IMG/VR virus record: IMGVR_UViG_3300048902_000067
Location: 1-55,757 of that record
Direction: 5' to 3' (one strand)
DNA length: 55,757 nucleotides
DNA from: a virus
Lineage: Duplodnaviria; Caudoviricetes
This document shows positions 18,032 to 27,497 of the stretch, piece after piece. Both the position numbers and the translations under genes were made by a program. The notes below the pieces were generated by a model. The model made no database searches. It was given only the letters and a program-made list of their open reading frames with translations, and was not told the DNA's origin. Positions within the stretch are counted from its first letter, which is position 1; the number at the start of each line of letters is the position of its first letter.

Positions 18032-19252
18032 ATGGCTAACGCCTTCCTGACACCTACGGCGGTGACGCGTGAAGCTCTGCGCGTGCTGCACCAGAAGCTC
18101 AATTTCATTGGCTCCATCACCCGCGACTATGACGACAGTTACGCCAAGAAGGGCGCCAAGATCGGCGATACCCTGAAAATCCGCTTGCCCAACGAATATG
18201 TCGTCCGTTCCGGCGCAGTGCTTGGCTCGGGAGGCACGCTCAACGACACGTCTGAGACGAGCGCCGACCTGAAGATCAATAACCAGAAGGGCGTTGATCT
18301 GGACTTCACGTCCACCGACCTTACGCTGAACCTGGACGACTTCTCCGAGCGCATCCTGCAGCCGGCGATGGCGGTTCTAGCGTCGAACATCGAGGCCGAT
18401 GCGATCTCGATGTACAAGGACATCCCGTACCAGATCAATAACACGGGTGCGGCGGCGTCCTTCGCCAAGGCGTTGCTGGCTCGTAAGATGCTGGTCGACA
18501 ATCTGGCGCCGCCCAACGACATGGTCGCTCTGGTGAACACCCAAGACAATGTCGATATCGTCAACACCACGACCTCGACGTTCTTCAACGACCAGAAGAG
18601 TCTCTCCCTGCAATTCAAGGAGGGCTACCTGGGCCGGGCGGCGGGCTTCGACTGGATGGAAAATACCCTCCTGCCGACGCACGCCCGTGGCGCGGAGAAC
18701 ACCGCCTACACGACCGACACCACCACGGCGCAGATGCCGTCTTCGTCGACCGAACTCTCGACCCTGACCTTCGCGTCGGGCTCGGGCGCTGGCGTCAAGG
18801 GCGATATCTTCACCATCGCCGGTGTCTATCGCGTGCATCCGGAGTCGAAGGTTTCCACGGGGGTGCTGCAACAGTTCGCGCTCGCGGCCGACATCTTGTC
18901 TGGCGCGACCACTGGCATCACCATCGTGCCGAGCATCATCACGGCTGGCGGACGCCAGAACGTCACGGTGACCACCACCTCCGCCACGGCGGCGATCACC
19001 TGGGCTGGCACGGCGTCCACGAACTACGGCATCAGCCTCGCCTACCAGAAGGGGGCTTTCGCCTTCGCGACAGCCGATCTGGTGATGCCGCAGGGCGTGG
19101 ACTTCGCCGCTCGCGAGGTCTTCGACGGCATCAGTATGCGGATTGTGCGCCAGTACGACATCAACAACGACAAGCTCCCCTGCCGTGTCGATGTCCTCTA
19201 CGGCTACAAGACCTTGCGCCGCCGCCTAGCCGTTCGCATGGCCAACAACTAG
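18032..19252 (+). CDS. Major capsid protein (P22 gp5-like)
   Basis: KIGDTLKIRLP...RVDVLYG. Confidence 0.95.
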   Translation: MANAFLTPTAVTREALRVLHQKLNFIGSITRDYDDSYAKKGAKIGDTLKIRLPNEYVVRSGAVLGSGGTLNDTSETSADLKINNQKGVDLDFTSTDLTLNLDDFSERILQPAMAVLASNIEADAISMYKDIPYQINNTGAAASFAKALLARKMLVDNLAPPNDMVALVNTQDNVDIVNTTTSTFFNDQKSLSLQFKEGYLGRAAGFDWMENTLLPTHARGAENTAYTTDTTTAQMPSSSTELSTLTFASGSGAGVKGDIFTIAGVYRVHPESKVSTGVLQQFALAADILSGATTGITIVPSIITAGGRQNVTVTTTSATAAITWAGTASTNYGISLAYQKGAFAFATADLVMPQGVDFAAREVFDGISMRIVRQYDINNDKLPCRVDVLYGYKTLRRRLAVRMANN

Positions 19253-19285
19253 GCCTCGGCAAGCCTGCTTTCCCCCTGAAACTTA

Positions 19286-19311
19286 GGGGCCGGTCCTTCG
19301 TGGCTGGCCCC
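19286..19311 (+). terminator. Hairpin downstream of the coat gene
   Basis: GGGGCCGG...CTGGCCCC stem; no U-tract. Confidence 0.35.
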
Positions 19312-19334
19312 ACTACCTCAAAGGAGACAGCCCC

Positions 19335-19571
19335 ATGGCTGCCGATATCCAGCTCACCCGCAATCCGTCCGGCGGGACCAACTTCGGTCAATCCGCGACG
19401 GATAAGATCAGCCTATATGGCGTAACGCCGATCGTTCAGCGCACCTCGACCGTGCTGGCCACTTCGCTGCTCTCGGCCAGTTCCTACGTCTCGGTCGCGT
19501 CGAACACCGCCGCGATCATGCTGGAGATGTCTAAGGCGCTGATCGCCTTCGGCCTCTACGTCACCGCCTAG
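19335..19571 (+). CDS. Small putative head decoration protein
   Basis: AAGGAG ribosome-binding site; FGQSATDKISLYG.TP; follows coat. Confidence 0.7.
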   Translation: MAADIQLTRNPSGGTNFGQSATDKISLYGVTPIVQRTSTVLATSLLSASSYVSVASNTAAIMLEMSKALIAFGLYVTA

Positions 19572-19578
19572 ACCGACA

Positions 19579-20112
19579 GTGTCGGGAGCGCCCCCACCAG
19601 AGACCGAGGGTGCGGGGGCGCTCCTTCACGTCGGATGCGGCCACGAGCCAATTCCTGACGGCTTTAGCCGATACGTCGAGACCCGCCTCGATATCGATCC
19701 GCGCTGCGATCCCGATATCGTCGCCTCGATGACCGACCTGGGCGATATCGGTCCCTTCGCTCTGGTCTATTCCTCGCACAGCCTGGAACATCTCTCGCCT
19801 CATGAGGCGCCAGTCGCCTTGGCGGAGTTCCGCCGCGTGCTGGTGGATGGTGGCGCAGCCGTTATTATGGTCCCGGATCTTGAGGGCGTATCGGCGACCG
19901 ACGACCAGCTGTTCGTTTCTCCGGCTGGCCCTGTCTGCGGACTGGATCTTATCTATGGCTTCCGCGCGGCGCTCGGCGAGCAGCCGCACATGGCGCACCG
20001 AACCGGGTTCATCGCCACTACGCTCAAGGCCGCCCTTGAGGCTGCAGGCTTCCGGGGCGTCGTTGTTGAGCGCCTTCCCAACTTCAACCTGATGGCAGTC
20101 GCCCACCGATGA
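19579..20112 (+). CDS. Class I SAM-dependent methyltransferase
   Basis: LHVGCG, LDID, SHSLEHL, RRVL..GG. Confidence 0.88.
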   Translation: MSGAPPPETEGAGALLHVGCGHEPIPDGFSRYVETRLDIDPRCDPDIVASMTDLGDIGPFALVYSSHSLEHLSPHEAPVALAEFRRVLVDGGAAVIMVPDLEGVSATDDQLFVSPAGPVCGLDLIYGFRAALGEQPHMAHRTGFIATTLKAALEAAGFRGVVVERLPNFNLMAVAHR

Positions 20113-20834
20113 AAGCCGCGATCTGCACCCCGACCCTGACCCAGCCGCATCCCGCCTATGTCGAGGCGCTTACGGTGTCCAAGCCGGCCCTGGAAGAAGC
20201 CGGTATCGACCATCTTCTATTTCTGGAGACCGGCAATCCCTACATATCCGCCGCTAGGGCCACAGTCCTTCGCAAGGCGCTGGATTGGGGCGCTGATGTC
20301 GTCGTGTTCATCGACCACGATATGAGTTGGCGCCCAGCAGACCTGCTGGCGCTGATCCGCACGCCAACCGATGTCGTGGCGGGAACCTACCGCTTCAAAA
20401 AAGATGACGAAGAATACATGGGCGAACTGGTCCGCGACCCTGCGGGCCGGGTTATTGGCGTGAGTGGCGTCGATGAGGGAACCGTGGCCTTGCGCGCCAA
20501 CCGCGTGCCGGCGGGCTTCCTAAAGATCACCCGAACTGGTGTTGAACGTTTTATGCGGGCCTACCCGCAGCTCTGTTATGGATCGCCGCTTGGGTTCTCT
20601 GTCGACCTATTCAACCACGGTGCCCACGAGGGCGTGTGGTGGGGCGAGGACTACGCATTTTCCCGTAATTGGCTGGCGCTAGGCGGTGAACTCTTCGTCT
20701 TGCCGCACCTAGCCTTGACGCACCATTCCACCGCGACCGCCTATCCTGGCAACCTGCACGAGTTTCTGATGCGCGAGCCCGGCGGCGCCAACGACCCGGC
20801 CCGCATCGCCGAAATCACCCAAACCCACGCCTGA
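20109..20834 (+). CDS. GT-A fold glycosyltransferase
   Basis: ICTP, FIDHD (DxD), GFLKI.R, GEDYAF. Confidence 0.8.
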   Translation: MKAAICTPTLTQPHPAYVEALTVSKPALEEAGIDHLLFLETGNPYISAARATVLRKALDWGADVVVFIDHDMSWRPADLLALIRTPTDVVAGTYRFKKDDEEYMGELVRDPAGRVIGVSGVDEGTVALRANRVPAGFLKITRTGVERFMRAYPQLCYGSPLGFSVDLFNHGAHEGVWWGEDYAFSRNWLALGGELFVLPHLALTHHSTATAYPGNLHEFLMREPGGANDPARIAEITQTHA

Positions 20835-20861
20835 GCGGCAGCCCTCTCCAAGGAATCCATT

Positions 20862-21401
20862 ATGGTCAATCCCAGCGTTCTTTCCGCAGACGCGATCCTC
20901 TACTGTGCCGCCGAGCCGGACGGCCGAGAGTTTCCAAAGGGCTCGGACTGGCCTGGTGATGCGTGGTCGACGGAACGCGGCGGAGAACCAGTCGGCAAGA
21001 AAACGAACGCCCAGGCGCTGCTTGATCTGAAGGATGCACAGAAGACCATAGACCGGCTGTCGGCCCAGCTCGACACCGCAACCCACTCCCTGGCCCAGCG
21101 CGCGGCCGAGCGGGATGAGGCCGTGGGAAAGCTCGACGCCATGGAGCAGCGCGCCATCACCGCCGAAAGCGGACAGGCCACCGCCGAGGCTGCGGCAAAG
21201 GGCTACATGACCGAACGCGATCAGGCCCGCGCCGACGCCAAACGGTTCTCCGATGCCGTCGACAGCTACAGGCCCGAAGCCGAGAAGGTGCCGGGTCTGG
21301 TGGCCGAGTTGGAGGCGGCCAATCAGCGGGTCGCCGATCTTCAGCCCCCACTGACCGCAGAGCAGTCCGATAAGCCGAAAAAGGGCGGAACAAGCGACTG
21401 A
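20862..21401 (+). CDS. Coiled-coil hypothetical protein
   Basis: Ribosome-binding site; heptad-rich. Confidence 0.7.
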   Translation: MVNPSVLSADAILYCAAEPDGREFPKGSDWPGDAWSTERGGEPVGKKTNAQALLDLKDAQKTIDRLSAQLDTATHSLAQRAAERDEAVGKLDAMEQRAITAESGQATAEAAAKGYMTERDQARADAKRFSDAVDSYRPEAEKVPGLVAELEAANQRVADLQPPLTAEQSDKPKKGGTSD

Positions 21402-21454
21402 CGGTTGCCGCGCCGCACCCGCCACCACGGTTCTGATCTTCGAGGGGTAGGCGC

Positions 21455-22114
21455 ATGGCGATCACGACCTATGCCGAGTTGCAGACTGCGGCGGCCAACT
21501 GGCTGATCCGCGCAGACCTGACCGCGCGGATTCCAGAGTTCATCGCACTGGCGGAATCGCGCCTCAATCGCGTCCTGCGTCAACGCCAGGCGGAGTTGGA
21601 TGTCGGCCTGACTGGCATACCTGGCTCACGCTTCATTCCGCTTCCGGCGGCCTATTCCGAGGCTTTGACGCTCTGGATCACCCCGCCGGGCTCAAATACG
21701 CGCCTTGAGATCGATTTCGTGGACCCGGCGGCGCTCAATGCGTCGGCGGACAGCGGCCAGCCCTACAAGTGGACGATCGACGGCGCAAACCTTGGCTTCG
21801 AGAGGGTTTGCGACCAAGCCTATGCTTTCACGCTGCGTTGCATGGAGAAATACGCCCTTTCCGACACCGCGCCGACCAACGCCCTGCTCACCGACTACCC
21901 GGACGCCTATCTGTTCGCGACCCTGTGCGAGGCCGGCCCCTTCCTGCGCGATGCGGAGCTGGCCGGCGCCTATGAGGGCCGGCTGACGCGCGCTATTGGC
22001 GAGATCAACGCCAAAGACGCCAGAAGCCGGGCTCAGCAGCGGCTCGTGACGGAGCCAGGCCAGATCCAGCGGTTTAGCCGTGTCACGGGCTACAACATCC
22101 GGACTGACGCCTGA
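21455..22114 (+). CDS. Head-to-tail adaptor protein
   Basis: ITTYAELQ..WL.R.DL...IP.FI.LAE; N.LL..YPD.YL. Confidence 0.85.
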   Translation: MAITTYAELQTAAANWLIRADLTARIPEFIALAESRLNRVLRQRQAELDVGLTGIPGSRFIPLPAAYSEALTLWITPPGSNTRLEIDFVDPAALNASADSGQPYKWTIDGANLGFERVCDQAYAFTLRCMEKYALSDTAPTNALLTDYPDAYLFATLCEAGPFLRDAELAGAYEGRLTRAIGEINAKDARSRAQQRLVTEPGQIQRFSRVTGYNIRTDA

Positions 22115-22368
22115 TGGCCGCCTCCCTGGTTCCGGTTGGCCCGAACCTGCCGCCGCCTGTCGTCAGCGTCCTGAAGAGCCACGAAGACGCCATCCGTGGG
22201 CTTCAGCACCCCCAAGAGCCCGGTGCGCTTCTGACCGTCACCATCGCCGGGCTACCGCCCGCAGACAGCTACCGAAGCCACATCGTGATCGTCAGCGACT
22301 ATCCGGCGCTCGCGTTTTCGGACGGGACGAGCTGGTATCGCGCCGACACTGGAGGGGTGATCATCTAA
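22114..22368 (+). CDS. Small virion protein
   Basis: LAFSDGTSW motif; coupled. Confidence 0.7.
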   Translation: MAASLVPVGPNLPPPVVSVLKSHEDAIRGLQHPQEPGALLTVTIAGLPPADSYRSHIVIVSDYPALAFSDGTSWYRADTGGVII

Positions 22369-22961
22369 TGCCTTCCTCTTGGTCTTCCTCGCTCCGCTTC
22401 GAGCTGCAGTTCACCGGCGAGAACATCAACCTGTGGGGCGACAAGCTGAACAGCGTGCTGGCGCACGCCGACTATGCGGTGGCCGGATGGCTGACCAAGG
22501 CGATAACGGGCGATTACACGCTTACCACCGCCAACGCCGGCGACGACGAGGCGCGCGCGGCGATGATCAAGTTCACCGGGGCGCTCGCCGCAAACGGCAC
22601 GATCACCCTCCCGAGCGTTTCGAAAAGCTACTTCATCTACAACGCCACCAACAAGGTGCTGACGATCACCACCGGGGCCGGCGCCACTGTCAGCATCGAC
22701 GCCGGGGATAAGACGGTCGCCGATTGCGACGGGTCGGGCGTCCATACGATCAGTTTCGGCGGCTACGGCCTTAAGGACTACATCACCGCCCAGACGGCGA
22801 GCGCGGGGGCGGTTCCTGGCACAACCGGCGCGCTGGGAAAGTTCCTCAAGGTTACGGTCGATGGTTCACCGCCGACTTGGCAGCAGGTCCAGACAACCGA
22901 CCTTGGCGACTATTTGACCAACATCGTGGGCAAGCAAGTTGCCCTCGCCGTCGCCCTTTAG
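22368..22961 (+). CDS. Tail fibre proximal/adaptor protein
   Basis: MPSSWSSSLRFELQFTGEN..WG..LN typical N-terminus. Confidence 0.75.
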   Translation: MPSSWSSSLRFELQFTGENINLWGDKLNSVLAHADYAVAGWLTKAITGDYTLTTANAGDDEARAAMIKFTGALAANGTITLPSVSKSYFIYNATNKVLTITTGAGATVSIDAGDKTVADCDGSGVHTISFGGYGLKDYITAQTASAGAVPGTTGALGKFLKVTVDGSPPTWQQVQTTDLGDYLTNIVGKQVALAVAL

Positions 22962-22970
22962 GAGCCAACT

Positions 22971-23387
22971 ATGGCCGTTTCCGCGAACCAAATAGTCACG
23001 CCGCAGACGCCGAAGTCGGCCTACGTGATTTACGCCACGGCGCAGACCACCTATCCGCCGACGACCAGCCCAACCAACTCAGCTTTGCTGATGACCTTCG
23101 GTGCTAACGGCGGGCGGCTGACCCGGCTATACGCGATGCCGCAAGAATCCACAGGGGCAACTGGGGTCGCGCAATACTATCGGTCTGCGGACGGCGGGAC
23201 GACCAAGTATTGGGCTGGCGCCGCTGCCGTCACCAACGACACCGTGAGCACCACGGACGCACCGATCTCCATCGACTTCGGGTTCTCCGATGACAACCCG
23301 ATGATCGGCCAAGCCAACGAGAAAATCTACGTGGCCCCCTCTATCGCCAAGACTTTCATCTTCGTTGCCGAATGGGCTGACTACTGA
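22971..23387 (+). CDS. Putative tail fibre-associated protein
   Basis: AGGAG ribosome-binding site; beta-rich. Confidence 0.7.
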   Translation: MAVSANQIVTPQTPKSAYVIYATAQTTYPPTTSPTNSALLMTFGANGGRLTRLYAMPQESTGATGVAQYYRSADGGTTKYWAGAAAVTNDTVSTTDAPISIDFGFSDDNPMIGQANEKIYVAPSIAKTFIFVAEWADY

Positions 23388-24118
23388 TGAGTATTCCCAG
23401 CCAGAAACTAAGAGGGTTTGTTGGGCAGGGAATGAATGGGCGGAAGTCCACTCATAGTGTGAACCTGGAAATACTACGTGTCATTGATGCGGCGTCCGGC
23501 ACTGGAAGCGTTACGGCCCCAAAGCCCTGTCAGGCGCTCATCTTCGCGATCGGTGGCGGTGGCAGCGGCGCTTCGACGACTAACGCGGGCGGCGGCGGCG
23601 GGGGCGGAGCTGCCTTCAAACGCGTGCGTTTAGGAATTGGTCAGGCACTCTCGTGGAGTGTCGGCTCCGGCGGAGCAGGTTCCCCCGGAGCTGCCAACGG
23701 TAATTCGGGAGGGGACTCGACGGTCTCCCTGAATGGCGCGATTTTGGTGACTGCAGGTGGGGGGGCAGGAGGTACCAGTTCTGGCGGTGGGACTGGGGGA
23801 GGTGGAGGCGTTGGCGTTGGCGACATCGTGCGACCTGGCGGAGCCGGCGGCAATGCCGATATTGCTGGTGGATCGGGAGGGGTCGGTGGCGGAGGCGGTG
23901 GTGCCGGCCAAATCCTTCAACATCTTGGTGGCGGTGGTGGCGGGGCGGGGTTCTCCGAACTCGGATTAATTATCCCTGGTGGGGCAGGTTCGGACGGCTC
24001 CGGCGGCGGCCCATCGTCAAGCGGGGGCATTTCCGGCGGCGGATCAGGGGCTTCACAATTTTCGACTGGAAATGGCGGCGCTGGGCACATCACCATTTGG
24101 CTCATCCGTCCGTTCTGA
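23387..24118 (+). CDS. Glycine-rich tail fibre-like protein
   Basis: IGGGGSG...GGGGGG...VG.GG.G pattern. Confidence 0.75.
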   Translation: MSIPSQKLRGFVGQGMNGRKSTHSVNLEILRVIDAASGTGSVTAPKPCQALIFAIGGGGSGASTTNAGGGGGGGAAFKRVRLGIGQALSWSVGSGGAGSPGAANGNSGGDSTVSLNGAILVTAGGGAGGTSSGGGTGGGGGVGVGDIVRPGGAGGNADIAGGSGGVGGGGGGAGQILQHLGGGGGGAGFSELGLIIPGGAGSDGSGGGPSSSGGISGGGSGASQFSTGNGGAGHITIWLIRPF

Positions 24119-25030
24119 GGCTACTCGCTGGCCGATGGCTTCAATCACGGGCAGCCAGTCGCCTGGAAAAGGCTGGCGATAAAATTCGGCCGTTGGGTAC
24201 CACGGAGGAACCCCACGCCACCGCCAGTCGTGGCTCTCGTGATGAAGCATGATCCATACCGGCTTACCCATGGCCCCGGCCAAATGAGCGACCGACGTGT
24301 CAATAGAGATCACCAGATCCAGTCCCGCGATGATCTCTGCTGTGTCCAAAAAGCTCACAGCGCCGGTGTCTTCGGGGTGAAGGCTTACCGCACCAGTCAG
24401 CGCAAGAAGATGTTGGGCGATATCATCAGGAAGCGAGCGGTTCGGATCGGGCAGGGCGTTCCCGCGCGACATCACGCCGATTCGACTGGAAGCCGCACGC
24501 GGATTGGCGCTCAGATAGGGCGTCGGGGCCGGCTTGACCCATTGTGGCAGCGAGAGTGGAAGCGTCCAGAAATCGTAGTCCGGCTCGACGGATGTCGGAA
24601 ATGTACGGGGGATGACCCGGAGGGGTAATTGGGAGAATAGGCCGGCGAGTTGGGCGGGCGCCACCATGGTGGTTTTTGCGGCCTCAAGGTTCAGCGCGAA
24701 ACGGGCCGCAAAGATGTGGTCCCCAAGACCTTGTTCCGTCCAGATGAACAACCGCTTCCCGGCTAGCGACTCGCCGCGCCATTCTGGAAAACCAAGACCC
24801 TGAGCGAGTGACTGCCGCCTTTCCGCACGATATTGGTAGGCCGCCCAACCTTCCGCGTCACATCCTAGGCAAAGCAGGGCGTTACCCAGGTTGAGCAAAA
24901 TGTCAGGGTGGTTCGGAAGGAAGCCCAGCGCCCTTCGATAACATTCGACTGCTTCGGCCGCTCGCCCCGCCCTCCAAAGGCTGTTGCCTTCCCGATAATA
25001 GGTCGTGGCGGCGTGCCATGCCTCATCCAT
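24053..25030 (-). CDS. TPR plus GT-B (family 9-like) glycosyltransferase
   Basis: N-terminal TPR; EQGLGD; DLVISIDTSVAHLAGAMGKP. Confidence 0.88.
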   Translation of the reverse strand: MDEAWHAATTYYREGNSLWRAGRAAEAVECYRRALGFLPNHPDILLNLGNALLCLGCDAEGWAAYQYRAERRQSLAQGLGFPEWRGESLAGKRLFIWTEQGLGDHIFAARFALNLEAAKTTMVAPAQLAGLFSQLPLRVIPRTFPTSVEPDYDFWTLPLSLPQWVKPAPTPYLSANPRAASSRIGVMSRGNALPDPNRSLPDDIAQHLLALTGAVSLHPEDTGAVSFLDTAEIIAGLDLVISIDTSVAHLAGAMGKPVWIMLHHESHDWRWRGVPPWYPTAEFYRQPFPGDWLPVIEAIGQRVASERTDEPNGDVPSAAISSRKL

Positions 25031-25055
25031 CCCCACACCCTACCCCAAGGAGACC

Positions 25056-25451
25056 CTAAGCCGCCTCTAATTCCTTCACTGCCGCCGAAGCCAGGAACCC
25101 GGAGCGGGTGAAGCCGTGAGCCTCGGCGAACTGGTCGATGCGGCGCAGAGTATCGGCGGGCAGGGTGATGTTGACCCGGACAACCCTGGCTGCGGCGGCG
25201 GGAAGGTCGATAAGCACGGCGACGCCATCGCGGAAGTCGGGGTCGTTCATCACGACTTCCAAGGTGGAGGGCTCGGGGATCGCCTCGCCATCCTCGGTCA
25301 TGCCTTCGACGTGGAAAGCCAGGGCCTCGGCCCCCATGGCGCGGGCTTCGTCCAGGGTGGAGCCAGCGGAGATGCAGCCGGGGAAGTCGGGAAACGAAAT
25401 CCCGAAGTTGCTCTCTGCGTCCTTGTGAATGATGCCGATGTAATGGGTCAT
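25056..25451 (-). CDS. hicB: HicB antitoxin
   Basis: FPDFPGCISAG.TLDEA; C-terminal ribbon-helix-helix RVNITLP. Confidence 0.95.
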   Translation of the reverse strand: MTHYIGIIHKDAESNFGISFPDFPGCISAGSTLDEARAMGAEALAFHVEGMTEDGEAIPEPSTLEVVMNDPDFRDGVAVLIDLPAAAARVVRVNITLPADTLRRIDQFAEAHGFTRSGFLASAAVKELEAA

Positions 25452-25453
25452 GA

Positions 25454-25642
25454 TTACCTCAGTTTGAGCCCGGCCTGCTTCTCGATGGAGCGAAGCGTGC
25501 CGATGGAAATATCCTTCTTCGGATGCACGACGGTGACGCGGCCCGGCTTGGCCGGATGACGGAACTGAACGTGGGACCCCTTCTGCGCCACTTGGAACCA
25601 ACCGTCTGCTTCGATGGCGCTGATGATGTCCCGGCTGTTCAT
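25454..25642 (-). CDS. hicA: HicA mRNA interferase toxin
   Basis: DGW....KGSH.QF.HP.K.GRVTV.HPKKD. Confidence 0.95.
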   Translation of the reverse strand: MNSRDIISAIEADGWFQVAQKGSHVQFRHPAKPGRVTVVHPKKDISIGTLRSIEKQAGLKLR

Positions 25643-25645
25643 GAC

Positions 25646-25690
25646 GTGTGTATAGCACACACTGGTGCCTAGTCAACACACTATACACAC
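25646..25690 (-). promoter_or_regulatory. hicAB promoter and operator
   Basis: Perfect 10-bp inverted repeat GTGTGTATAG/CTATACACAC around TTGACT (minus strand). Confidence 0.75.
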
Positions 25691-25706
25691 CGCAGGGGAG
25701 GCTGAG

Positions 25707-27497
25707 ATCAGGATACCTCTAGACCTGCCTCCCGGTTTGAACGGCGATGATACCATCTATGGCGCTGAGGGCCGCTGGGGCGATTGCAACAACGTCCGGT
25801 TTCGGCTGGGCCGCCCCCAGATCATCGGCGGGTGGGAAAGCTTGGTGTCGACGCTGCTGACCGGCGTCTGCCGAGCAGTGTTTCCGTGGACCGATAACGC
25901 CGCGATCCTGAACATCGCCTTCGGGACCCATTCGAAAGTCCAGTTGTGGCAAGGTGGCGCGCTGTTCGACATCACGCCGTTTGGGCCACCGACGCCGCTG
26001 GGAACCGATCCTCTGGCGACCACAAACACCACGGCTAGGATCGATGTACACCATGTCGCTCACGGCTATACGACCGGCCTAAGCCTAAAGATTTTCGGCG
26101 CCGCCACGGTCGCGACAGTTGTTCCGAACGGCACATTCACGATCACCGTGGATGATGCTGACCACTACCACTACACCGCCGGGAGCAATGCGAACGCCAC
26201 TGTGGCCGCTGGGGGCGGTTCGGGCATTGTCGTCACGCCCCAGACCGCGCTTCCAGCCGGCGCCACGGATGGTACAGGCTCGGTGGGCTTCGGAACCGGG
26301 GGATACGGCGGCGGACCATGGGGGGAAACCCCGGCCACGGCCGATTATTTCCCCCGGACTTGGAGCTTCGATGCCTGGGGGCAGGTCTTGGCGGGCAGTC
26401 CGCGAAACGGCGGCCTTTACGCCTGGGGCAACAACACGGCGGCGCGAATGGCCGCTGTGGACGGGGCTCCAACGCAGATCACCCATATGCTGGTCGCCCC
26501 CATGCAGGGGGGCTATATGCTGTTCGCCCTCGGCTGCAACCAGGAAGCCGATGGGGTCTTCAATCCCCGCGCGATCCGGCACTCGGCGATCCGCGATTAC
26601 AATAGCTGGTCAACGCTCACCTCGACCTCCCGCGAATATGTACTGCCGGGTTCTGGGCGGATCGTCGCTGGTCGCATGTGCGGTCCCTATTTGCTGGTTT
26701 GGACGAGCGATGAACTATTTCTGGGAACCTATACCGGCGCATTGGATCGCCCTTGGGATTTCACCCGCGTCGGGCTGAGCTGCGGGCTGATCGGCCCCAA
26801 CGCAGTCATCGTGGTGGGGCAAACGGCATTCTGGGTAAGCCCGGATCGCCAGTTCCACAGCTACGGCGTTGGTGGCGCTCCGGCGGTGCTGCCATGTCCG
26901 ATTCGGACGGATTTCGCCGAGAACCTGGCGGCTGTTCAGGGGGACAAGATCGTGGCCTCGGCGAATGCCGAGTTCTCCGAGATTCGCTTTGACTATCCGG
27001 ACAAGCGGGAGGGCTTCGAAAACAGTCGCTATGTCGCCATGGAGCTTAGCGGAATCGACGCCGGGGCTTGGTATCGCGGGATCATGGATCGGACGGCGTA
27101 TGTGGACGCCGGGCCATCTCTTTTTCCGGTTGGTGTCAGCTCTACCGGCGCGGCCTATTATCATGAAACCGGCTTCTCTGCGGACGCGGGGGCCTTCGCG
27201 TGGTCGATCCGCACAGCGGCTCAGTTGCTCGATCCAGAATATCGCCTCCAGATCAACGGGGTTTGGCCGGATTTCAGGGACCAGATGGGACCAATCACCG
27301 TCACCGTGTCCAGCCGCGAACATCCCCAGGGGCTGGATACCGTCACGGCAGGTGTCCCGATGGCGCCAGATGACATGAAGGCCGACATCCTCATAACCGG
27401 CCGCCTGTTTCAGGTCGAGTTCAGCGGGAACTCTGCGCCAACGGCTGGGCGACTCGGAAGGCCGATCTTCGAGGTTCAGCGATGCGGCAAGATGTGA
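25707..27497 (+). CDS. Tail nozzle/hub (beta-propeller) protein
   Basis: W.D.N.VRFR.GRPQ.IGGW; CGLIG; start codon uncertain (ATC at 25707 or GTG at 25665). Confidence 0.85.
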   Translation: MRIPLDLPPGLNGDDTIYGAEGRWGDCNNVRFRLGRPQIIGGWESLVSTLLTGVCRAVFPWTDNAAILNIAFGTHSKVQLWQGGALFDITPFGPPTPLGTDPLATTNTTARIDVHHVAHGYTTGLSLKIFGAATVATVVPNGTFTITVDDADHYHYTAGSNANATVAAGGGSGIVVTPQTALPAGATDGTGSVGFGTGGYGGGPWGETPATADYFPRTWSFDAWGQVLAGSPRNGGLYAWGNNTAARMAAVDGAPTQITHMLVAPMQGGYMLFALGCNQEADGVFNPRAIRHSAIRDYNSWSTLTSTSREYVLPGSGRIVAGRMCGPYLLVWTSDELFLGTYTGALDRPWDFTRVGLSCGLIGPNAVIVVGQTAFWVSPDRQFHSYGVGGAPAVLPCPIRTDFAENLAAVQGDKIVASANAEFSEIRFDYPDKREGFENSRYVAMELSGIDAGAWYRGIMDRTAYVDAGPSLFPVGVSSTGAAYYHETGFSADAGAFAWSIRTAAQLLDPEYRLQINGVWPDFRDQMGPITVTVSSREHPQGLDTVTAGVPMAPDDMKADILITGRLFQVEFSGNSAPTAGRLGRPIFEVQRCGKM

